A stretch of 64,000 nt of DNA from Oscillospiraceae bacterium (GTDB lineage Bacteria; Bacillota; Clostridia; Oscillospirales; Ruminococcaceae): NCBI GenBank assembly GCA_024404915.1, contig JAKSPJ010000006.1:62285-126284 (forward strand), read 5' to 3'. Below are positions 50,433 to 61,309 of the stretch, piece by piece. Position numbers and translations under genes: made by a program. The notes below the pieces were generated by a model. The model had not been told where the DNA came from. It searched no databases and was given only the letters and a program-made list of their open reading frames with translations. Positions within the stretch are counted from its first letter, which is position 1. Each line of letters opens with the position of its first letter.

Positions 50433-50526
50433 AAAAATCACTCCTAACTGTTTGAACAAGGGTGTTCAGAACGTATGAGAACACCTGTACTTCATTGTTA
50501 TATGCTATCATATTTTCAGTGGTTTG

Positions 50527-54343
<3,817 letters not shown>

Positions 54344-55582
54344 TCAAATTACTCCTTTCAGAACCCTGCTGCGGTGTTCCTTACCCAGCGCAGCAATCTG
54401 CGGCTCAATTTTCAACCGTTCAAAATCAACTGTGGAAAGCGGAGTCTGATTACGAACCAAAGCGGTATAAATGCCGGTTCTGTGTGTGTGACCTATTAAC
54501 ATAAAGCCTGTCAGACGGTCATCCTTGACAAACAGGCGCTTGATGTGTTCTTCATCTGCCTCTTCCAGCATCTGGCAGCCCTCCGGCTGTGATCCGGCTG
54601 TATGGCAGTGCAGGCCGAAAAATCCGATGGAGTTCATGGGGATTGCGCAGTCAAATGACTCGCTTCCGCCTGCCATATTCACACCGGAAGCATGTCCCTG
54701 AATATAGGCATTCGGCATCAGAGCCATGATTTTATCTGTACCGGATGACACATCATGATATTCCGTGCAGTCACCTGCTGCATAGACGTCCGGCAGACTG
54801 GTGCTGCACTTTGCATCTACCAGAATGCCTCGGTTCACCTTTCCGCCTGCTTCCTGAATCAAAGCAGTATTGGGACGGACACCCACAGCCAGCACAAGCA
54901 CATCAAAGTCAATTGTACGGCCATCCTGCATTTTCGCCTTGTTTCCGGTGAATTCACTTGCACTTGTGCCAAGGCAGAACTGAATACCGTTTGCTTCCAG
55001 ATGCTTCTGCATCATTGCGGCACAGGTATCATCCAGAATACTGGAAAGAACACGGGGAGCCAGATCGCAGACAGTAATCTCTGCCACACGCTTATGAAGA
55101 CCCTCTGCACATTTCAGGCCGATCAGACCTGCTCCGATAATCAGAACACGGCTTTCAGGGGTAACGGCCTGTTCCAGTGCCAGTGTATCATCCAGAGTCA
55201 TAAATGTAAACTGTTTCTTCACCTTTTCCAGACCCTTCATCGGCGGAACAAATGGTGCAGAACCGGTTGCATTGCAAAGTGCATCATAGGGCAGCGTTTC
55301 ACCGGTGTTCAGCGTGACCTGTCTGGTATCTGCGTTGATTTTCGTAACACTTTTTCCATAGATGACCTTTACGCCGTTATCTGCATAGAATGCAGGGGAA
55401 CGGTAATTGATGCGCTGCAAATCAGTTTTCTTCTCTAAATAATAGGAAATCAGCGGACGGCAGTATACAGGATGTTCCTCAGCAGAAATCACTGTGATTT
55501 CGCTTTCATGCTCCACAGAACGAATGCCTTCGATGCATCCTGCGGCTGCGACACCGTTTCCGATAATCACATAGCGTTTCAT
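54344..55582 (-). CDS. FAD/NAD(P)-dependent pyridine nucleotide-disulfide-family oxidoreductase
   Basis: Two Rossmann motifs (VIIGNGVAAAG, LIIGAGLIGLKCAEG) and the AAGDC FAD motif. Confidence 0.85.
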   Translation of the reverse strand: MKRYVIIGNGVAAAGCIEGIRSVEHESEITVISAEEHPVYCRPLISYYLEKKTDLQRINYRSPAFYADNGVKVIYGKSVTKINADTRQVTLNTGETLPYDALCNATGSAPFVPPMKGLEKVKKQFTFMTLDDTLALEQAVTPESRVLIIGAGLIGLKCAEGLHKRVAEITVCDLAPRVLSSILDDTCAAMMQKHLEANGIQFCLGTSASEFTGNKAKMQDGRTIDFDVLVLAVGVRPNTALIQEAGGKVNRGILVDAKCSTSLPDVYAAGDCTEYHDVSSGTDKIMALMPNAYIQGHASGVNMAGGSESFDCAIPMNSIGFFGLHCHTAGSQPEGCQMLEEADEEHIKRLFVKDDRLTGFMLIGHTHRTGIYTALVRNQTPLSTVDFERLKIEPQIAALGKEHRSRVLKGVI

Positions 55583-55588
55583 GTCGTC

Positions 55589-56041
55589 TCACTCCCTCTC
55601 TTCGTATACAATTGCGCCATTCGGGCAGCCTGCTACGCATGCAGGTGCACCGCAGGAATTCTTCATGCACAGTTCACATTTCTGTGCAATGCCCTTTTCA
55701 TCCTCCACAACAGCACCGTGGGGACATACCAGAACGCAGGTCAGGCAGCCTACGCATTTATTGTGATCAATCTGGATGACGCCATCCTGAATGGAAAGTG
55801 CGCCGGCAATACAGCTCTTGACACAGAGCGGATTGGTGCAGTGACGACAGGAGACTGCATAGGTGATGCCGTCTTCATCTGTTTCCACCCGAACACGGGG
55901 ATATATTTTTTTGTCCTTCAGAGCCTTGACCATATCTGTTAAACCGGAATTCGCAAATGCGCAGTTATATTCACACAAATGGCAGCCAAGACACCATTCT
56001 TCTTTTACAAAAATCCGTTTCATGTTCTCACTCTCCTGCAT
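55589..56041 (-). CDS. 4Fe-4S cluster ferredoxin-domain protein
   Basis: Cys clusters CLGCHLCEYNC, CRHCTNPLCVKSC, CVGCLTCVLVCP and CELC...CVAGCP. Confidence 0.85.
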   Translation of the reverse strand: MQESENMKRIFVKEEWCLGCHLCEYNCAFANSGLTDMVKALKDKKIYPRVRVETDEDGITYAVSCRHCTNPLCVKSCIAGALSIQDGVIQIDHNKCVGCLTCVLVCPHGAVVEDEKGIAQKCELCMKNSCGAPACVAGCPNGAIVYEERE

Positions 56042-57524
56042 GTCCGATGCCGAGTATTTCCAGCTCTTTTTCAGTCAGTCCGACACCACGAAGCATCAGG
56101 CGGTTTCCACGCAGTGCTTCAATGGAGTTGATACCCATACCGCCCATCAATTCCTTGATTTCATGACGCCATGCATCCATAAGATTTACCAAACGCTTAT
56201 AGCCGATTTCAGGATTCAGGCGCTTGACGAGATCAGGACGCTGTGTTGCGATACCCCAGTTACATTTGCCGGTATGGCAGCTGCGGCACAGATGACATCC
56301 CATTGCGAGACAGGCTGCTGTTGCCACATAACAGGCATCGGCACCCAGTGCAATGGCTTTGACTACATCAGATGCGGAACGGATGGAACCGCCGCACACG
56401 ATGGATACATTATTACGAATGCCTTCATCACGGAGACGCTTGTCAACAGCAGCCAGTGCCAGTTCAATCGGAATACCCACGTTATCACGGATACGTGTGG
56501 GAGCAGCACCGGTACCGCCTCTGAAACCGTCAATGGCGATGATGTCAGCACCGCTTCTTGCAATACCGCTGGCGATTGCAGCGATATTGTGTACAGCAGC
56601 AACTTTTACGATAACAGGCAGGCGGTATTCTGTTGCTTCTTTCAGGGAGAATACCAGCTGACGCAAATCTTCAATGGAATAGATATCATGGTGCGGTGCT
56701 GGAGAAATAGCATCGCTTCCCTCGGGAATCATACGGGTTTTGGAAACATCCCCCACAGCCTTTGTACCAGGCAGATGGCCGCCGATACCCGGCTTTGCAC
56801 CCTGTCCCATTTTAATTTCAATTGCTGCACCGGCTTCCAGATAATCCTTATGGACGCCGAAACGGCCGGAAGCAACCTGTACAATGGTGTTCTTTCCAAA
56901 GCGGTAGAAGTCCTCGTGGAGACCGCCTTCACCGGTATTATAATAAATGCCAAGCTTTTCTGCGGCTCTTGCCAGGCTGGCATGTGCATTATAGCTGATG
57001 GAGCCATAGCTCATTGCAGAGAACATGACAGGCATGGTCAAAGAAAGCTGCGGCGGCAGTTCTGTATTCAGTGTGCCGTCCTCGTTGCGGCTGATTTTCT
57101 CCGGCTTCTTGCCAAGGAATACCTTTGTTTCCATCGGCTCACGAAGCGGGTCAATCGGCGGGTTTGTAACCTGGGAAGCATTGATCAGAATCTTGTCCCA
57201 GTAAACCGGCAGCGGATTCGGGTTGCCCATAGAGGAAAGCAGCACACCGCCTGTTTCCGCCTGGCGATAAATCTCTTTGATTGTCTGATCAGAATAGTTT
57301 GCGTTTTCACGCAGACGGCAGTCGCTCTTAACGATTTTCAGTGCACGGGTCGGACAGAGAGAAACACATCTCTGGCAGTTGACACACTTGGACTCATCAC
57401 TCAGCAGAATTTTGCCATCTTCATCATACCAATGTACTTCATTGGCGCATTGACGTTCACATACACGGCAGCGCACGCAGCGGCTGTCATTTCGAACCAC
57501 TTCAAATTCAGGATAAAAGTTCAA
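56028..57524 (-). CDS. Glutamate synthase FMN-binding central domain protein with N-terminal 2x[4Fe-4S] module (archaeal-type)
   Basis: CVRCRVCERQC / CVNCQRCVSLCP, then ISPAPHHDIYSIEDL, IAIDGFRGGTGAAP and GGSIRSASDVVKAIALGAD. Confidence 0.9.
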   Translation of the reverse strand: MNFYPEFEVVRNDSRCVRCRVCERQCANEVHWYDEDGKILLSDESKCVNCQRCVSLCPTRALKIVKSDCRLRENANYSDQTIKEIYRQAETGGVLLSSMGNPNPLPVYWDKILINASQVTNPPIDPLREPMETKVFLGKKPEKISRNEDGTLNTELPPQLSLTMPVMFSAMSYGSISYNAHASLARAAEKLGIYYNTGEGGLHEDFYRFGKNTIVQVASGRFGVHKDYLEAGAAIEIKMGQGAKPGIGGHLPGTKAVGDVSKTRMIPEGSDAISPAPHHDIYSIEDLRQLVFSLKEATEYRLPVIVKVAAVHNIAAIASGIARSGADIIAIDGFRGGTGAAPTRIRDNVGIPIELALAAVDKRLRDEGIRNNVSIVCGGSIRSASDVVKAIALGADACYVATAACLAMGCHLCRSCHTGKCNWGIATQRPDLVKRLNPEIGYKRLVNLMDAWRHEIKELMGGMGINSIEALRGNRLMLRGVGLTEKELEILGIGHAGE

Positions 57525-58615
57525 AATGCTCCCTCCTTTACCTTTACAATCACCGGCTCGCCGCCTGCAGGGGACCAGATTTTCTGAATATCCGGTGCCA
57601 TAACACGAATTGCGGCTTCTTCACTTGCGATATATACCATATCATCCTGTTCGCCCACAACCATGGAACGCAGCTTCAGACGGTCATTCAAAGCCATCAG
57701 GCCGCCGTTGAATCCAAGGATAATGGAGAACGGACCGGTTACCAGCAAGCTGGGGAACATATTTCTCAGATAGGTGTATGTATTCTTTTCCTGTTCGGAT
57801 TTGCTGTCAATGGTGGTCCAGAAGGGTGCTGCAATAACAGAAGCAGTTTCTTCCAGTGTCAGGCCTTGTCTGCGCAGCAGATAGTCCGCAATGTAGGTGA
57901 TTACCTCGGTATCTGTCTGCAAAGTACATTTATAGCCATACATTTCAATAAAGCGGCGGTTTGCATCATAGGAGGAAATCTCACCATTATGCACAATAGA
58001 GTAGTCCAGCATACAGAACGGGTGTGCACCGCCCCACCAGCCGGGTGTGTTTGTGGGATAACGGCCGTGAGCTGTCCAGCTGTATGCTTCGTATTCTTCC
58101 AGGCGGTAATATCTTCCCACATCTTCCGGGAAGCCTACAGCCTTGAAAGCACCCATATTCTTGCCGCAGGAGAATACATAGCTTCCGTTCAGTCCTGCGT
58201 TGATTCTGTTGACAATGCGGACAACCAGTTCCTTTTCATCAATCTGCAAATGACGCAGTACAGACTGCATGGGAGAAACAAATACACGACGAATAATCGG
58301 TTCATCGGTAATCTGCGGCATCTTGCGTACCTTAATGTGCTCATCCTGCACAATCTCAAAGTACTCCTTCAAAAGATTCATGCATTCTTTCTGGCACTGT
58401 GTATCATTGAAGAAAATGTGGAATGCGTAGAAATCACGATATTCCGGATAGATGCCGTATGCCGCAAAACCGCCTCCCAGACCATTTGAACGGTCGTGCA
58501 TCGGAACCATACTTTCAATGATGGATTCGCCATTCAAGCGTTTTCCGTCTTTGGAGATCATTGCAGAAACTGCACATCCGGACGGAATTCTGACTTGTCC
58601 TTCCAATGGAATCAT
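57521..58615 (-). CDS. Class II (Ntn) glutamine amidotransferase domain protein, archaeal-type split GOGAT subunit
   Basis: SGCAVSAMIS N-terminal Cys region and HGRYPTNTPGWWGGAHPF...VHNGEISSY. Confidence 0.85.
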   Translation of the reverse strand: MIPLEGQVRIPSGCAVSAMISKDGKRLNGESIIESMVPMHDRSNGLGGGFAAYGIYPEYRDFYAFHIFFNDTQCQKECMNLLKEYFEIVQDEHIKVRKMPQITDEPIIRRVFVSPMQSVLRHLQIDEKELVVRIVNRINAGLNGSYVFSCGKNMGAFKAVGFPEDVGRYYRLEEYEAYSWTAHGRYPTNTPGWWGGAHPFCMLDYSIVHNGEISSYDANRRFIEMYGYKCTLQTDTEVITYIADYLLRRQGLTLEETASVIAAPFWTTIDSKSEQEKNTYTYLRNMFPSLLVTGPFSIILGFNGGLMALNDRLKLRSMVVGEQDDMVYIASEEAAIRVMAPDIQKIWSPAGGEPVIVKVKEGAF

Positions 58616-58640
58616 AGTATCTCTCTCCTTTACAAATTCA

Positions 58641-58750
58641 GAACAAAAGCAAATGGCGTTCGTTTGTAGTCACGTATCCCGTGACCACAAACGAACGCCA
58701 TTGTTCATTCTTGTTGGCTTTATTTTAGCATATTGTGAAAGAATTGTCAA
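58641..58750 (-). promoter_or_regulatory. Split-GOGAT operon promoter plus leader: hexaloop hairpin overlapping a long intrinsic terminator
   Basis: On the minus strand: TTGACA, 17 nt spacer, TAAAAT. Then GAAC-AATGGC-GTTC (58693-58706). The terminator is AATGGCGTTCGTTTGTGGTCAC...GTGACTACAAACGAACGCCATT followed by TGCTTTTGTT. Confidence 0.6.
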
Positions 58751-58860
58751 TATCTGGCGGACAGTTTTCCGTTCTCCAAGAATGATTTTGGAATAATTAA
58801 CTAAAACAAAAGATTTTGAATTATGTATATATGTAAAATGACGGTTTTGTTAAATTATCC

Positions 58861-59034
58861 TTGACATTTTTATGAAATTGATGTATGATACAGGCAGAAC
58901 AGCAAAGGCGCTGCGGTGAGTGAGACTTGCCGCAGCTTTTTCTGTTTATAAAGCGCTTTAAAATTTTTAGAACAGGCACAATGGGGTGCATGGTTTTGGC
59001 AGAACAGCCGACATCATGCACCCCTGATTTGTTG
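58861..59034 (+). promoter_or_regulatory. amtB-PII promoter plus leader with hexaloop hairpin and two tandem intrinsic terminators
   Basis: TTGACA, 17 nt spacer, TATGAT, then CAGC-AAAGGC-GCTG (58900-58913). Terminator 1 is GCTGCGG...CCGCAGC followed by TTTTT (58910-58947). Terminator 2 is GGGGTGCATG...CATGCACCCC followed by TGATTTGTT (58983-59034). Confidence 0.6.
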
Positions 59035-59057
59035 TCAAAGGAAATGGAGGAATTACA

Positions 59058-60806
59058 ATGGCAAATGAATTGCTGCAGGCAGTAGACAGTGAAGTGTTTG
59101 CGATATGGTTTCTGATAGGTGCCGCTTTGGTATTCTTTATGCAGGCCGGTTTCGCAATGGTGGAAACAGGTTTTACCCGTGCAAAGAATGCTGCTAACAT
59201 TATCATGAAGAACCTGATGGATTTCTGTATCGGTACACCGATGTTTATCCTGATTGGTTTTGGTTTGTTCTTTGGTGAAGATATGGTGGGCCTGATCGGT
59301 AAGCCTGGTCTGGATGTATTCACTGCTTATGAAAACTTTGATTGGTCAAACTTCGTATTTAACCTTGTGTTCTGTGCAACCGCCGCAACAATTGTTTCCG
59401 GTGCAATGGCAGAACGATGCAAATTCCTTTCTTATTGTATCTATTCCGGTATCATTAGCGGTCTGGTATATCCGGTAGAGGCACACTGGATCTGGGGCGG
59501 CGGCTGGCTTTCTCAGATGGGCTTCCACGATTTCGCAGGTTCCTGTGCAATTCACATGGTAGGCGGTATCGCAGCTTTGATTGGTGCAAAGATTCTTGGA
59601 CCCCGTATCGGCAAGTTTACAAAGAATACTGATGGAAAGATTCAGCCGAATGCGATTCCCGGTCATAACCTGACACTGGGTGCTCTGGGATGTTTCATTC
59701 TTTGGTTCGGATGGTATGGCTTCAATGGTGCTGCATGTACCAGCACAGGTCAGCTGGCATCCGTTTTCGTAACAACCACTGTTGCTCCGGCAATTGCAAC
59801 TGTTACATGTATGATTTTCACTTGGGTAAAGTATGGCAAGCCTGATGTTTCCATGTGTCTGAACGCATCTCTGGCAGGTCTGGTTGGTATTACTGCCGGA
59901 TGTGATGTGATGGATGTGGCAGGTGCAGCAATCGTAGGTATCGTATCCGGCTTCCTGGTTTGCTTCGGCGTTTGGCTTCTGGACTATGTTCTGCACATCG
60001 ATGACCCGGTTGGTGCAGTTGCAGTTCATATGATGAATGGTATCTGGGGTACATTGGCTGTTGGCTTGTTTGCAACGACAAGTGCTCCCGGCAATGATAC
60101 ATATGTTGGTTTGTTCTACGGCGGCGGCTTCAGCCTGCTTGGCATACAGCTCCTCGGCTTCGGTGCTGTTGCACTCTGGACAGTCGTCATGATGACAACC
60201 GTATTCCTGGTTATTAAGAATACAATTGGTCTTCGTGCATCCGAAAGAGAAGAAATCCTGGGCATGGATGCAACAGAGCACGGTCTGGTCAGCTCTTATG
60301 CAGACTTTGCTCCTGCAATGAGCGAAGCTGCAATTGCTGGTTATGCAGCAGGCACAAAGAAGACAGAAGGCAGTGTTCCTGCAGAGGTTGCAGTTCCTGT
60401 TGAAAACTATGTTCCGAATGACGAGCAGGTTCCGAAGATGACAAAGATCGTGGCAGTATTCAACCAGGAGAAACTGCACCATTTCATGCACGCTATGGAA
60501 CGCATCGGCATCACCGGTGTCACAGTTACAAATGTTCTTGGCTGCGGCATGGGTATGCAGAAGCATGATCACTACTATCGTGGTGCTCGTGTAGAGGCAA
60601 AGCTTTTCCCGAAGATCAAAGCAGAAATCGTTGTATGCAAGGTACCTGTTGATCAGGTAATCAAGACTTCCAGAGATGTGCTTTACACAGGCAATCTGGG
60701 TGACGGCAAGATCTTCGTATATCCGGTAGAACAGGTCATTAAGGTGAGAACAGGTTCTGTTGGATATGATGCACTTCAGGATGAAGCTTCTGCCGAATCA
60801 AAATAA
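59058..60806 (+). CDS. amtB: Ammonium transporter fused to a C-terminal PII (GlnK/GlnB-like) domain
   Basis: The Amt domain (FFMQAGFAMVETGF, AIHMVGGIAALIGA) runs to about aa 415. A linker of about 45 aa follows. The PII domain runs from aa 461 (MTKIVAVFNQEKL...GVTVTNVLGCGMGMQKHDHYYRGA...TGNLGDGKIFVYPVEQVIKVRTG). There is no stop and no SD between the two domains. Confidence 0.9.
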   Translation: MANELLQAVDSEVFAIWFLIGAALVFFMQAGFAMVETGFTRAKNAANIIMKNLMDFCIGTPMFILIGFGLFFGEDMVGLIGKPGLDVFTAYENFDWSNFVFNLVFCATAATIVSGAMAERCKFLSYCIYSGIISGLVYPVEAHWIWGGGWLSQMGFHDFAGSCAIHMVGGIAALIGAKILGPRIGKFTKNTDGKIQPNAIPGHNLTLGALGCFILWFGWYGFNGAACTSTGQLASVFVTTTVAPAIATVTCMIFTWVKYGKPDVSMCLNASLAGLVGITAGCDVMDVAGAAIVGIVSGFLVCFGVWLLDYVLHIDDPVGAVAVHMMNGIWGTLAVGLFATTSAPGNDTYVGLFYGGGFSLLGIQLLGFGAVALWTVVMMTTVFLVIKNTIGLRASEREEILGMDATEHGLVSSYADFAPAMSEAAIAGYAAGTKKTEGSVPAEVAVPVENYVPNDEQVPKMTKIVAVFNQEKLHHFMHAMERIGITGVTVTNVLGCGMGMQKHDHYYRGARVEAKLFPKIKAEIVVCKVPVDQVIKTSRDVLYTGNLGDGKIFVYPVEQVIKVRTGSVGYDALQDEASAESK

Positions 60807-60847
60807 TATAGACATCTTCTAACATCTCATTTCCTTACAAAGCAGCG

Positions 60848-60883
60848 GGGGTACGGTTGAACGACCGTACCCTTGTTGCGTTT
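60848..60883 (+). terminator. Intrinsic terminator of amtB-PII
   Basis: GGGTACGG-loop-CCGTACCC followed by TTGTTGCGTTT. Confidence 0.6.
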
Positions 60884-60971
60884 ATCCGGCAGGTGAAGTT
60901 TTGTGTCTGTTCTTCAGTGCCTTTCCATTGATACAGCAACGAAAGTAATGCGGCTTCGTCTATCTCCTGTA

Positions 60972-61015
60972 CAGACAAAGAAACACGGTCTCTGTCAGCG
61001 GCAGAGACCGTGTTT
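60972..61015 (-). terminator. Intrinsic terminator of the small membrane protein gene
   Basis: ACACGGTCTCTG-loop-CAGAGACCGTGT, with TTTCTTTG following on the minus strand. Confidence 0.6.
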
Positions 61016-61032
61016 CGGGGATGTTATGTATT

Positions 61033-61242
61033 TCATGAACTGCGTTTTGAATGCCTCTGATGAAGCAATGCAATCGCATTAATAATTGCCATAGGAACAA
61101 GATAAAATACAGCATTAAAGAGCTCAACATATGCAGGTGCGCTGTACTCAGGATGTTTGCTGTGTATGATGACTGCGCAGGTCACATGTACCGTCATTGC
61201 TGTTATCAGCAGCAGATTGATAATTCTGATTGCTTTTTTCAT
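61033..61242 (-). CDS. Small 2-TM membrane protein (hypothetical)
   Basis: 69 aa with two hydrophobic helices. It has its own terminator, and AAGGAG lies upstream. Confidence 0.45.
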   Translation of the reverse strand: MKKAIRIINLLLITAMTVHVTCAVIIHSKHPEYSAPAYVELFNAVFYLVPMAIINAIALLHQRHSKRSS

Positions 61243-61309
61243 GTGTTATACTCCTTATAAAAAATTCTAGGAATGCAGACTGCATTCCTAGAATTTTGTT
61301 TTATATTTT

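Noticed and set aside
50460-50526. Hexaloop ANTAR-type hairpin upstream of the GS I-like/ANTAR operon.
   Set aside because: Only a plain hairpin (GGTGTTC-11 nt loop-GAACACC) with a weak T tract is present, with no AANGGC loop. It may be a purF terminator. There is no evidence for autoregulation by the same motif.
58750-58866. GlnR/TnrA-type operator (TGTNA-N7-TNACA) in the divergent GOGAT/amtB promoter region.
   Set aside because: TGTTAAATTATCCTTGACA and TGTAAAATGACGGTTTTGTTA come close but do not fit the 17-bp spacing. I could not support a box by eye.
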